NCBI RefSeq assembly: GCF_006345805.1
Contig: NC_042997.1
Coordinates: 47,740,001 to 47,804,000, forward strand
Direction: 5' to 3'
DNA: 64,000 nucleotides
Source of the DNA: Octopus sinensis
Lineage: Eukaryota
Shown: positions 13,052-27,394 of the stretch, one piece after another
Layout of the letters: every line of letters begins with the position of its first letter
Position numbering within the stretch: the stretch's first letter is position 1
The notes under the pieces: model-generated
What the model was told of the DNA's origin: nothing
Databases searched by the model: none
What the model saw: only the letters and a program-made list of their open reading frames with translations
Program-made: the position numbers and the translations under genes

Positions 13052-13636
13052 CATTTATATGAATACCTCAAAGAAACATGTGAAAGTAACTTGCATGTTA
13101 TAAATAGGAGTTATCACATTCTATTTGCAAGTAACGTATCAACACCTACTTCGCTCTAACAAAATCTCGGATCTCAATAGATGCTTCTTGCATCTTACAT
13201 TGTCTTACATTGTATTCCTAAGCTGGCTATTGATGATACTTGAGTTCTTGTGATTACACTGGGTAAAGAACTGAGGTAGAACGCTTTATGTTTTGTCTTA
13301 CGACGTTGATTGACGCCATAATTACCATGGCAGTTTATACGCCAAAGGCACAGGCAAACATTTATTAACAGACGTATAGTACGATCGAAGCTATGAACCA
13401 GCGATTGATCGGTTGGAAAAGTCGATCAACTATGCTATTGTATATAAAATTGCAATAACAAAATAAATACTTAAATGACAGACCTTCCGCTTGAATGTAA
13501 TTCGTAAAAACTCTTAAGTATGCATATTTAAATTTCTTGTAAACTTATAATGCAGACACAGAGAGGCACATATATTTAAGTCCAATAAATCACATTGTGT
13601 GAAACACACACACACAGACACACACGCACACACACT

Positions 13637-13687
<51 letters not shown>

Positions 13688-14391
13688 ACACACAGTAATT
13701 GTCAATTAAGAAAACGTTAATTCTTTTAGACCATTACCACAGATTACTCAGCCATTAAACTAGACCAATTTACAAGCTATTCATTGAAGTAAAACATATT
13801 TGAGTAAAATGATTGTCATATCTTCTGAAACGGAATATGTAGAATTGTAGTAAAGTTTCACATATGTAATATAGTGATCAGGAAATAATTTGATAACCAG
13901 AATTTATCCTAGCGATTGACAGATGAAAGCACTCTGGGGACTTTTAAAATCTAGAAGCGAAAAGCAAGATAACTATATTTTCAATCATTGATAAGATTTT
14001 TTTTTCTTTTGTCTACTAAACAATGTTTAGATCTTGAAGATTTCAGCTCATTGTATTATATAAGTAATTCTTTTCCCAATTTGTATTTAATAAAGAGAAT
14101 GATTCCCTGAATTATATATTTTCAAATAAATTGCTAATATTTATAATCAGTATCACGGTATTGGCCTTCTCTCTATCATCCTCCGTATATATACATACAC
14201 ACACGCATACAAACGAATGTCCTAACACACACACACACACACACGTACACATATATGCATGTATGTAAGCACGTATAAAAGTATGTATGTATATGTATAT
14301 ATATTTATGTTTATATATATATATATATATATAAAATACCGTTATACAAAGGGAGATTACGGTATTTTCATAGCGTTATCTTACCGTTTTA

Positions 14392-14536
<145 letters not shown>

Positions 14537-16810
14537 GCTTTATTTAAAAGCAGCAGAAATTCAACAAAACCTGTTACTCGGAGTTTCACGTTCCCGTTTA
14601 TATATATATATAAAAGAAGTCGGTTTGCGTGAGAAAGGGTACATTAGAGTAAAAAGCGATATCTGAAAAGCAAATTATACTAATTCTAAACTTATAATAC
14701 AGGTAATACCACAGCGTTCTAACTACCTGGCTACCTGCAGCCGTGAATTGTTTATCTTATCTTCTGTTCACATGTTGTTGTCAGACAGTAATCTAGTGTT
14801 ATTTCTGGTCGACTACCTGCAGATGTCATTTGTTTATCACATGCCAAGCTGCTCGTTTCTGTTTAACATTAGCTTTATTTCGTTGTTATTCTCCTCTTGA
14901 ACCCGATTTTAAATATTTCAATTGATCAATCCAAGGTCGACGTTAGCAAATGGCTTCACGAAAATTAAATTACACAGAGGTTTGAAATTAGCATCTAGTA
15001 TCCATGTGGAAGATCGCAACTTCAACACTTGATAACCTCACACACCCCACATACTATTAGCGAGACCAGTACCATAAATTCTCTTTTATAAACATCAAAA
15101 GTAAAATCAATTCCGAAGCATTTAAATTTCGAGGGCAATCTATGGTGGGTAATAAAAGATGCTTTTTCGCATAATATATTTTTATGATTGATACAGAAAA
15201 CGTAATGTCTAAAAAAATACCTTTAAAAGATATTTTTTTCAGTTTCAACTGTAATAATTCAATGATAAAAATACTTGTTGAAGTAGGTGTGAAGAGATAC
15301 GAAAATTGAAATCGATATCTATTTCAAACCAACACATGCACCAACAAAATCTGTTATTATCTTCCTGCCACCCAAAACAAGAAAATAGATATACATTTTA
15401 ATGTAACAAGATGAGTCAACACGATCTCGAAACCCGGGGTATCGACTCGAAACACAAAAATATACATCATAGAAGTTTTTTAAAAAAACATAAAATAATC
15501 AACGCCGAATGTCGTGACCCCGTATGACATAAGCAATGATTTACATAATAAATGGATTGCTCACAAAAAATATACTCTCATAAAGCCATGCACATGTAAC
15601 TTTTTCTTTTTTTTGTATTTCCGTTTAAAATTCTCATGTAGATATTAACAAGAAAGAAACTTAGGTTCATAAGTATCTCCATAAGTTATCCTCATATTAA
15701 AGGAAAACATCAACAATTTTATTCGTTGTTTGGCTGTGACATTTAGGAAAAACTAAATATCAACTGATGAGATAAATATTATGGTAAAGGTTGATTTTGC
15801 TTTTCTCCTCCTTCCTTTCATATTTCTTGCATTATTACATAATTTTATTTTAATCACTGTAATGATTGTTCGCGAAAAGTCAGAGGTTATAGTTTCGTAT
15901 GTCATATATAAGTTAAAACAAATTAAAATGAATTATTTTCCTTATGCTTAGAGAGATGCTTCCAAAAAAAAAAAAAAATGCTATGGGCATTTTTACGAAG
16001 AAAACTTATCATACTTTATCGATTTAACTTGGAAATTTCTATAGGAGAGTTGAATATTTAAATTCCAAATGGGACTACAATGGGTAACTGTTTTTTAGTG
16101 TCATCACATGATAAATTGAATACTTTAATTCATACAAACGAAACGCGCAAATAAATTATCAATAAAAGGCGTGGCAAACCAGAGATACTTTAACCCCTCT
16201 TTATTTTTCTGTATATATTACAGTAGACTGAGTCAAGGTGACCGGCTGCTGCTGAATTTATTTCGAATATATGAGCGCTCACGATTGGAGCATACTGTTG
16301 CCGATAATATTTATACCAGTCGTGCTAATCTCAGAACGATTATATCACAACTTCATAAATTTATACTCTCTTTTATGTGAAGCACACTCGCCCAACACAT
16401 CTTCCCCTAAGGACACACATATACACAGCTTCATTCTCTACTGATCCACACTCTCACTAATAGAATCACTTCAAAATGTACACACATATTCCTTTGTAGT
16501 CTCTCTTACTCTCTTCACCCTTGTTCGTCAACTGCACACACTACAACAAATACTCGCCTGAAACTCACGGAAATTACACGCACATGCACATATCACTTGA
16601 GCATCTCTGTCCTCATAAACATTTATATCTTGTCTATAAGATGAATATAAATTGCACAAAATACGTACAAACACAAAATCTATTTACATAGCACACTATT
16701 CTGCATAATTACTTCCTTACATATGTGATACAAATGACACATATACACGCACACTTTTCTACACAAATACACAGACGTTAACACAGTATTTATATATGCA
16801 TGCAATACGC

Positions 16811-16967
16811 GGATCTTTTCCTTTTGAACGGCAGATTTCAACACAATTTCTAGTTAACTAAACACTTTTAAACTTCGTATACTGGTAGAATGTGTCAAAA
16901 GAAAACATTATTTTCACATGGCTTTCTTGATAAATTTGTAATTCGTTTGTTCAAAAGGAAAAGATCC
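16811..16967. mobile_element. MITE with 19-bp TIRs and 8-bp TSD (Merlin-like)
   Basis: TIR GGATCTTTTCCTTTTGAAC at 16811-16829 with its reverse complement at 16949-16967, flanked on both sides by CAATACGC. Confidence 0.85.
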
Positions 16968-17022
16968 CAATACGCATACTCTTTAGGCACATTCATACCT
17001 CCCATATATACATATATAGTTA

Positions 17023-17174
17023 CAGGAGTGACTGCGTGGTAAGAAGCTTGCTTCTTAATCACATGAATCCAGGTTCAGTTCCACTGCGTTTCTTCTACTA
17101 TAGTCTAGGGACTTGTGCGTGTATTTGGTAGATGGAAACTGAAAATACCCGTCGTATATATATATATATATATA

Positions 17175-17215
<41 letters not shown>

Positions 17216-17410
17216 TGTGTGCCTGTGTCTATGTTTGTCTCGCCACCATTGCTTGACAACCGATGTTGGTGTGTTTACGTCCCCATAACACCTGTTAGGC
17301 GAAAGAAACCGATGGAATACATACTAGGCTTACAAACAATGAGTCCTGAGGTTGATTTGTTCGACTAAAGGCGGTTGTCCAGCATGGCTGAAATAAGTAA
17401 AAGAATAAAG
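17023..17410 (+). mobile_element. SINE family B with internal deletions
   Basis: Contains caggagtgactgcgtggtaagaagcttgc...ggttcagttccactgcg...ggtagatggaaactgaaa...gatttgttcgactaaaggcgg. Confidence 0.85.
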
Positions 17411-17588
17411 GAATATATATATATAATGTAGTGTAGGCACGTATTTATGAATGAAAATATGTGCAACACTTCCACCAAAACTTCAGCCTAGCTAATTTCA
17501 CTGGAAATGCACCGGTCAGATGCCAATTGTTGTAAAAGATGCATGTGCGAAGTGCTGCTCAACAGAAACGAACCAAGGAAAAGTTTCT

Positions 17589-17589
<1 letters not shown>

Positions 17590-17679
<90 letters not shown>

Positions 17680-17740
17680 CCTATCTATCTATCTATCTAT
17701 CTCTCTCCCTATCTATCTATCTCTCTATCTCTCTCTCTCG

Positions 17741-17822
<82 letters not shown>

Positions 17823-17860
17823 GTGTGTCTGTCTGTCTATCTGTCTATATACCTATCTAT
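17590..17860. repeat. (TATC)n compound microsatellite
   Basis: Directly visible; source of the YLSI-repeat ORFs. Confidence 0.95.
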
Positions 17861-19719
17861 ATATTGCAGTCTTTATTTCAGGTTACTTTTCTTTGGGTTC
17901 ACTAAAGGAATTACTGGGCAATGGAGTTTATAAAATTGTAAAATATACAATTTATGAGGGAGTAATGTAATAAACGCGTATCCTAAAATACATAAAACTA
18001 GATTTTTGCCTGTTTTTAGTTGTCTACTGCAATACAAAAATGCCAACTTTTGGAAGGTGTCTATGTAAAAGTATGCGAACTCACTTTAGAATTCTGAACA
18101 TTTTATGCCGTCTGGAACATCTCAATTGATAAAACACTAAAATATTACACACTTAATCAAAAATTAGATGGGAAACATTTTTTTTTACTTTGTGTATATA
18201 TTCCTAATTGATTTTCTTCTGTGTATAAATTACTTATCGATTAATTGAACTATCGGAGAAATGTTTGAGTGAAGAATATACTTTTAGGATTAATTTATGA
18301 TATGCCACGTATCGATTACTCATTAACATTATGCTGACCAAACATTTCGATCATCTGGAGAGTTAGACAGCAGTTTCATGTGAAAAGTTTTAATATGGTA
18401 TATCTATAAATACATAATCAAAATAAAACTGAGTTTTATTACTATTTAAATGTTACTTTTGCGTTTTACTGTAAGTATAATTTGTCATTTAGTATTTGCA
18501 TTATTTTTCTATCTAAGGAGACTGTGTTTGTTGAGAAAATCATATAAAATTTTGAAATGAAATAAAATTAAAGTGACAAAGAAATTGAAGCCAATAAAGT
18601 AACTATGAAACTGAAAACCGCTTGAATTCAAGAGCTTAAGTGTTTACAAATAAATTGTCATCTCATTCATTTTATCATGTTTATAAAAATAATTATTGGT
18701 CGAAAATTTTTAATATTTCTAAATTCTAAAGTCCTGTAATTAATCTTTTTATTGCTTTAATTAAAATGCTAGTATTTTTCTAAGTTCAAAATTTTATATA
18801 ATTAAGAATTATAATAAATATAATTCTCTGAAAAAAATGTAAAGACAACAACCAAGCTAATTAAACAAAGTGCAGCTCCATTGAAGTAATATTAGTATAA
18901 GAAATGTGAAATTGCTTTAAAGTTTATAAAATAAACTTTGCAGTTTGAAATTTGACTAAAAAACACGATACCAACATACTTTAATAAAATATGATGAGAA
19001 TATTTTGAATGTGACGGCCACTTAAACTTCGAAACATGCGAAAATGAAATTTATTTATATGGCCAAAAAGTATTCCCAGAAATAGTAATAATGTAGATTA
19101 CGAAATTTGAAAAAAAAACAAAAAACATAACGTACACCTTCCATGACTACTTGATGTGGTGTTATATACCTAAAGACAGTATCATACACACTCGATCTTT
19201 GGAAATATACGTTGATCTTACAGTTTGTCGTATGGCCGAAGGGTAAATGCCGAAGGGTAAATGATATGTTGTCTAGACGAAGGTGCTATAAGATTAATAG
19301 GATATAGCAGTTTGATGTGGATGTGCCACTAGCTTAGATTTAAATGATATTATTTTCTATGATGTCTTTATTTTGCTGTACGTATTAATGAGATAAAATC
19401 AAACGTTCTTGTTGAAATTGTTTGACAAAAATTTGAAATACTTGCACTATTCATTTTTAAAGACATCATAAATGAACCATAATGTCTAAAGGACAAAATC
19501 GCTGATTTATTTCATTTTATCTTTCACCTATCAAAACGTGTTGTCCTGAAATCTAGTTGAAACCAGAAAACGAAATATTAATGATGTTGGGAAGTTGAGA
19601 TAGTGTAATACTTAATCATTCCCAGAATATATTAATAGTTTTACTTACAAGTTGAGTACCGTGGTCACGAACTTTTTGGAGATAGCATGCATATATTTAA
19701 AGAATATATCATGAAATAA

Positions 19720-19880
19720 TATTCATTTCAAATTTTGACACAAAGTCAGTAATTTCGGGGCCTAGTCGATTACATCGTCTTAAGTACTCAACTAGTACTT
19801 ATTTTATCGACCCTGCCACAGAGTTATGAAAGGCAAAACATTTTACCTGGTATATTAACGATTCTGTCAGCTCGCTTCCT
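19720..19880 (-). mobile_element. SINE family A, degenerate
   Basis: Contains gtcgattacatcg...gtacttattttatcgacc...tgaaaggcaaa...taacgattctgtcagctcgc. Confidence 0.6.
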
Positions 19881-19904
19881 AATATAATGAAATTGTATCG
19901 GCAT

Positions 19905-20100
19905 CACATTTTGGTACAAAGCCAGCAATTTGCGGCGAGGGAGAAAATCGATTACATCGACCCCAGTGTTTAACTGGAATCTATTAAATCACAACCGAAA
20001 GGATTAAAATGCACAGCGGAATTTGAACTCTGGAAGTAGACTGACGAAAGGCCGCTAAGCATTTTCCCCGTATGCTAACGATTTGGCTTACTCACCCCCT
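19905..20100 (-). mobile_element. SINE family A, degenerate
   Basis: Contains atcgattacatcgaccccagtg...gaaaggat...gcggaatttgaactc...ccgctaagcatttt...gctaacgatt. Confidence 0.7.
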
Positions 20101-20561
20101 TATGTAATGAAATGATAAGTAAAAAGCAATATTATCATAAATGAATATCTGTTGACAAAATCAGAAAGATTATGTGAATTCAGTGATTATGTGAACTACT
20201 AAATGTTTTCTACATTATATAACTATAACAGATAAAGTAATTCTAGACTTAAAGTTATTAGTATTTCAATCACAAATTTTAGCTACACAGTGTCGTTATT
20301 ATATTAAAATGTCTCTAATGTTTTTACAGTTTCTCAGTTTGGATATACTTTTGACAAGGTCAGAAACTTATATGATGGATATGAAGATAAATGCTTGAGG
20401 TTCATGCTCTTTTCACCGGAGAAATAATTATATGTAAAATACTTTCAGACACTTACTGACACTAAGTATTGATCCTTGCTTATTGGAAGCTTCGGACATA
20501 TTTTACAGAGTTTAATCATCAGTTTTACAACTACAGTATTAAATATAAAGGTGAACAATGA

Positions 20562-20764
20562 ATACTCTTTTACTTGTTTCAGTCATTTGATTGCGGCCAT
20601 GCTGGAGCCCCGCCTTTAGGCGCGCTAATCGACCCCAGGACTTATTCTTTGGAAGCCTAGTACTTATTCTATCGGTTTCTTTTGCCGAACCGCCAAGTTA
20701 CGGGGACGTAAACACATCACCATCAGTTGTCAAGCGATGTTGGGGGACAAACACAGACACACAA

Positions 20765-20819
<55 letters not shown>

Positions 20820-21000
20820 CGGCGGGCTTCTTTCAGTTTCCGTCTACCAAATCCACTTCCAAGGCTTTGGTCGGCCCAAGGCTTTGGTCGGCCCAAGGCT
20901 TTGGTCGGTCCAAGCTTTTAGTAAAAGACACTTGCCCAAGGTGCCACGCAGTGGGACTGAACCTAGAACCATGTGGTTGGTAAGGAAGCTACTTACCAGT
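20562..21000 (-). mobile_element. SINE family B with internal 17-bp tandem triplication
   Basis: Homologous to 5680-6074; the unit CCAAGGCTTTGGTCGGC is repeated three times at 20859-20909. Confidence 0.9.
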
Positions 21001-21112
21001 TTAATTTCTGAAATATTTCAAATTTCTCAAAAGATATTTATGTTCTACTCCTGGAACATAATAGGAACATAACTTGAACATAATAATGGGAACATAATAA
21101 ATGGTTACTTAC

Positions 21113-21167
21113 GTTGAAAGAATCGAAACAGCACGAGAGTCCAAGAAAACCACTTAATCCACTGCAT
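21113..21167 (-). CDS. Candidate first coding exon encoding a signal-peptide-like N-terminus (MQWIKWFSWTLVLFRFFQ)
   Basis: Exon 21113-21348 is bounded by a pyrimidine-rich ...cattgcAG acceptor and a C|GTAAGT donor. The ATG at 21167 gives 18 hydrophobic codons plus a phase-1 intron. Confidence 0.35.
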
Positions 21168-23778
21168 CACTTAATCCTCCTGAGTCATATTTTGGAACTG
21201 TCTTAAACGGTGGACATATCGGGAATACTTTAATGTGTTTGGATTCTGACATGTCGCATAGAATATAAATCAAAGTTCTATATGTGTATTCCGCAACTAA
21301 TTGATGAATTGATTAATACGCATTCAAACAAGATAGATTCTATACTACCTGCAATGCGAATAAACGCTACATAAACAGAAGAAAAACTGAACGCATTACT
21401 GATAAATGCTACAATTTCATGTTAGCCAGGTTCAGCTTCATATAAGCGCATTTGCGACTTATAATTTTCTACTTTCCTAATAATTATTAGTATTGGACTT
21501 TTTCTGAAATGCATTCGACTACACATAACCTGGTGCACTTAATGCTTACATTCTTCTATCAGCCACATATAATATGAAATCAAATTCTAACAACGGCAGA
21601 TATACACATATTTCAGAGAGGAGATATCGCTACTTATATCGATTCTGTCTTATTGGGACTTCAATTCATGAATCAGGTAAGAATGAACACAACAATCTAA
21701 TCAGTGTATAAATGGATGTAGCTAAATGATACAGGATGTCACCCATTGTATTACAAATTCTATAATCCACCATACAACATATAACATATCAGTTTATAAT
21801 AAATCGCAGCAAGTTACACTAAAGAAACAAAAAAAATCAAGATATATACTTAGAGCTACACAAACCAATGAAGTAGATACATGGTCAATCGACCTTCTTC
21901 AAACAGAGTTACATTCTCTCTCTAAAGGCATCGTAGCATTTTTTTCCTTTCAAAGAACATTTGTGGTCAATGCAGCATGTTTTAGTTTACCTGAAAACAT
22001 GGAATGATCATGCAGAAAATGACTTCATCAAACGTATGTTCGAAGCCTCCCACTTGGCGATAAAGGAACTAAAATAACTTAAAGCTAAATCGAATAGACC
22101 ACTTAAAATTAGCACAGAATCTTAATTCTGTATAAATTGCATCTCAAGCCAGTAATACTGACCATCAACGTCTTAGTTGAATGCACAGTATGCTTTTTTA
22201 CAGGGCTGTCTCTCACTACAGAATACAGATTACGGTATTAATCTGTTACCTAGTGATGAACAGTTATATTAGAATGGAATGCCTTGGACAGGAAAACTGT
22301 AATATGTTTATTATGGCCATTCAATGAATGCTTTATAATCCCTATACGTACTGAAGTTATATTAAATCGCAATAGATGTCTTTGATTGATTGATTGATTG
22401 ATTGATTGATATTGTTAGACAAAATACAATCGGAAGCCCGAAAGAATATTAACTGTCATCGTGTTAATTTTTCATAATTAATCTTTGTGGAATAGCAGAA
22501 TTGGTAGAGTAGCAGAGGATATGTCTTGTTCTATTTAGTTAGACCTTTTGCGTTGTGAACTGAATTTCGCTTTTCACTCTGGGTCATAAAATAAATTCCA
22601 TTCTAATACTGGATGACCAAATTAACTATTCCCTCTCCACAATAATTATAATCTTGTGCTTACATAAGAAACTACTTAAAAGTAGTATTGTATGTCTTAC
22701 AAAATGAATGTCTTTCAGTATTTAGCAATGGATAGTTACGTTCTGATTTCAAATCCTGCCAAGATCGAGTGACATCTGCCCTTCAGCATTATCATCTTAT
22801 GATAATGTTATAATAACCGCAATATAAATAATAACAGAATGTAAAAAAAAAAAAAAAACTAATCATAGTTTTTCTGAAATAATTTGAATGTTAACCGTAT
22901 GTGTTGGCCTGTTGAATATTTCAGAATATCTCATAAATTATTCAAGATATCATGAATATGCAACGGGTTATTTTTCTTTTTTTTAATTTCTAATTATGTA
23001 CTTGCTATCTTAATGATTATTCAAAGATTCTTGCACATCAAAAAACACTAATATTTTACAGATATACTTATACAGTTTCCAAGACATATGTGCGCGTCTG
23101 CTTGCACATGTACTGTACATGTACGTGTGTATATGTGCTTTGAGTGTTTTAGACATGTGTCATATAGATTAATATTTTTTTATAAAAATGCCACTTCAAT
23201 ATAATAAACAAATATGAATCAATACCAGATACCCAAACAAACTGCTCAGCATAACTATGTATGAATTCAAGCAGGAAATATATAGTACCTCCACTGACAG
23301 CTCATACAAATCAGAAAGAAAAAAATCAAAGCAGCCAATGTGTTTCACACATATAAACTAACCAACCATATATTGCAGCAACCCCAAGGAAAATTACATT
23401 CAGCAACATACTATGTACGTATATATTTTTTAATAATTTTTCAAAATAAATATATGCTATATATTCCAAGTAATAAAAACGTTTTAACATCAAAGAAAAT
23501 CTTGCATATGTAACGTTACATATTACAAAACATTCAACATTAATATAGGTAACCAAAGACACCAGAGACATATCCAATATCAGATGCTTTGAGAAGTCTC
23601 TTAGAAAAAGTAACTACTGCAATAGTATATCGGCATTTATTTCACCATACGTTTGTTATCGAACGTCATACTTATCCGACATCGCATCAAATTACATAGT
23701 AACACTACAAGGTTTTGTTAAACATAGATGATCTTTTTACGCAGTCACTGAATCTGCTAGCAAAAGCAGCCGACTCAC

Positions 23779-23827
23779 CTCTGAAACCTTGTTCTTTTAG
23801 CAAAGAAAACGTTCAATATTGTAGTCT
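23779..23827 (-). other. Candidate 49-nt exon (possibly 5' UTR)
   Basis: ccttcttttctacttttatactAG| acceptor and AG|GTGAGT donor, both near consensus. Confidence 0.3.
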
Positions 23828-24223
23828 CTAGTATAAAAGTAGAAAAGAAGGACACGGCTTGAACAATGCTGATCATAAATCTCGACCAGACCAACCAACT
23901 GGCCATTTAATAACAACGCCAATAACAGCAAGAAAATAAAAAACCCAAGTACTAGATTTGGATAGTTTTAGCAAATATTTTATAATGCTGTTATAAAAGG
24001 CCACGTTCAACTTTTAAAGATGATATATAAAGTATTGAAATAAAGGAGTAAAATATATGAAAATGCAAAGCAAATGCAAAACGTTGTGAAAAGCCATCCT
24101 GATGTAAAAACAATCATGATATAACAGCACATAGATTAACAAATTCTCTTTCTGTACATACAAATATGCATACATACATACATATATACATACATACATA
24201 TGTGCATACATACATACATATTT

Positions 24224-24281
<58 letters not shown>

Positions 24282-24507
24282 CTATCAGCATTTCTACTAC
24301 AACCTTAATGATAATAACACCATTTAGCACAATAGGTGGTCTCACTATCTACCAGAAAATTAAAACCAGTCGTCACAATAAATGTTACTCTGGTCACTAT
24401 CGCTCTAAATATGCAGATGGCGGTCACACCAAGAACACCTTCGCACATATGTCTGCTAGCTCAGGCCTAACCTGGAGATAAATAATACTCACAATTACCA
24501 CAATTTG

Positions 24508-24552
<45 letters not shown>

Positions 24553-26454
24553 AGAGCAACGTCATACACACACAGAAATATAACAACAGCGCCTATTATT
24601 ATCCTATTATATTCAATGTGATAAATCTCATAACAAAATCCATGGAGGAGGTTTTACGCTAGCAAGATGCAAATTTAATGAGCAGGCAGCGGACAGAGAA
24701 CATCTTCCTACAAACATACACAATAACAGAACCAAGAAAAGCAACTAAACCCGACTTAATCCGTTATTCAGCGTGAATGTTGCTATAATTGTTGATAGAA
24801 ATTGAGAATTATTTTGAGTACAGACACTTCCTCTATACATGTAAATATAATTTTTTTTCAACTGTAATGAGTTCAATTCCAGTTAAAACTTCCTGTACAG
24901 AACTACTTCACATAATCACACTTACATACTGACAGAGAAAGCTTACGCATAGCCATCAATTCAAAAGACAATTTATATCTTTAGAAAGCTCTTAACGTCT
25001 CTCTGTGAAAGAATTAACAATCATATTGGCAGCATCTACACTTAGGGATGTAGAGGAGGAGAAAGACAACTTTATTTTCATAATTTGTACGTGAAATATC
25101 CTGGACAAAATCTTCCTATATGTCAAAATATCCGGAAATATGAGGGCATGCGAAATAGAATTTTAATTTATTTCCAAGCTACTAAAAATGATACTTAACA
25201 GGGGATAAGTGATTTTACCTGGTTTACTCCAAAGGAGCTACTTCGCGTGGACAGTATCTATATGTTCGAAAATATACAATATGAGGTGATACTATAGATG
25301 CCCTGTAGTAGTTATCGCTTGACAGCACGTCTGGTGTCGATACCTTCCTTTAGAGCATAGTTGTCCAGTTTCCATTAATAATATCTCCACTTTGCCACTC
25401 GCCACTTTTGAGCAATGAATTCTGCCTAAACTGTTCTCTACGAATTCACTAATTCATAAAATGATTATAATCTGAACGAACGTTCAGGTTCAACTACATT
25501 GTCGAGTAAATTTGAACAGCAACGGTAAGAAATGGAAAAGAAACACAATGAGATGCTGTGAATTGTACTTGACACTAAAAGAGCGATCACTAGAGGAGAT
25601 GACTCTCTAAGATATTTTCTATTTACATCTGAATTCGTTTCGATTAAATTACTATACATAAAACAATATCCATTTTTATGATACCCGCATAATCTCATAA
25701 TAAATTGTAATAGTTTTGTCTTCTTTTTATTACACCAAAAATCAATATTTCTTCACTGAGAGTTTCTATATTCTAATTCATTATTCCTGAACCCTTACTT
25801 CAAAATTAATGGAAGATTGTTTCTTCTAATTAAATAGAGATAATAGTGTCACTGCTGATAACTGCTAGTATGTAGTAATGATAAACCTTACTTGTCACTG
25901 ATTTCAATGCCAAGTGGCTATACCGCTGGTTTGAATATAAGGCCTTTCCTAATGGCTCTAGAATACAATTAGCTTATTGACTAATGCAGTCAGCTTCCGG
26001 CATGAAACCAAAGGTATGATAATATGGCTAATTGAGTTAATAATCACCTGATTTACATTACTCTGAAGTAAAATAGCATGTAATATTTAAAATGGAAAGC
26101 AAAAATGAATATAGAAACACAGTATTAATGCTTAATTTTTTATGTTTTAATATCAATATCAACGGTTTGTATAAAGTACCTCATCTAGTTAAAAGTGAAC
26201 ATTCAGACAATACATATGATAAAATGAAGAGATCAATACCAATAAAGCAATCACAGATTGCTGCTAGTATAGAATTACTGACTGCGTTATGCTGGGCTCT
26301 AATCATAGAGGAGTAACAAAACGTTCTTTTTCAGTAATATCGAAAAGAAGTAACTGGTTTCTTCGACGTTATGTGTAAAATGGCATAAAACTAAGCAATG
26401 ATTCTGTTTGTTAGAACGTGTGTTTACAGATAATCATAGGTTCATAACATCATA

Positions 26455-26471
26455 TAATAATAATAATAATG

Positions 26472-26532
<61 letters not shown>

Positions 26533-26603
26533 TAATAATAATAATAATAATAATGATAATAATAATAATAATAATAATGATAATAATAATAATAATAATA
26601 ATG

Positions 26604-26659
<56 letters not shown>
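26455..26659. repeat. (AAT)n microsatellite with periodic GAT variants
   Basis: Directly visible; the poly-N ORF shows D-N7 periodicity. Confidence 0.95.
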
Positions 26660-26661
<2 letters not shown>

Positions 26662-27181
26662 CTAATGGCTACATAGTTTCTATAGAATTTTAGTTGTGAT
26701 CCACCATTTGGAGGTTTTTACTTTTGTCAGTTAGCATCATTTTGCTTAGATTGTGATTTACGATCCAAACACCTATTGATTTCTTTCGTCAGCAGGAAAA
26801 TAAATTAAGCATTGATAAACTCGACTACCGTTGACATATTTGGGGCGATTATTGATCACGCATTTTTAGTGCAATATCTAACTGGTTCCTTTACTGTAAT
26901 GCGCATGGGCGTTCCTCTCTTTATTTTAGATGATATAAAAATATTTAGAAAACTTCAAGATAGCTGTGCTTCCTTCAAAACATAGGAAATATTATAACAT
27001 GCCAGTCCTCCAAATAATATTGCACACATAACAAATATTTCAAACCGGGAATGAATAACGATAACGTTTGTACTAATGAGGATCAAGTCCGTAACTCCGC
27101 AATGCAGATTTCGTAAAGTATTGAGTAAAAGACTTCATTGAATTCTCGTGCGCGCGCGCGGACACACATACACGCACACGC

Positions 27182-27251
<70 letters not shown>

Positions 27252-27394
27252 AGTATATAGAAAGAGAGGCGTATACAAATAATGGATGTGTGTCTGTGTG
27301 TCTGTATATACTGTTGATATCATAAGGATTTATAAATGCCGAGTATATGTAAAATAAAGATTTTCGGAAGAAGGAATCTTGAAACACATTCCTT

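Noticed and set aside
17507-17970. Three overlapping 132-143 aa ORFs
   Set aside because: They are produced by (TATC)n, which lacks stops in these frames.
19235-19262. 14-bp tandem duplication GCCGAAGGGTAAAT x2
   Set aside because: An isolated slippage-type duplication with no associated structure.
21035-21100. Four GAACATAA repeats with short spacers (CRISPR-like look)
   Set aside because: The repeats are 8 nt with spacers of only a few bases in a eukaryotic context, with no cas genes. No CRISPR array was found anywhere in the window.
21617-21676. 60-nt plus-strand exon-like segment (RGDIATYIDSVLLGLQFMNQ)
   Set aside because: Splice sites are plausible, but such short open segments are expected by chance in 64 kb and no homology was recognised.
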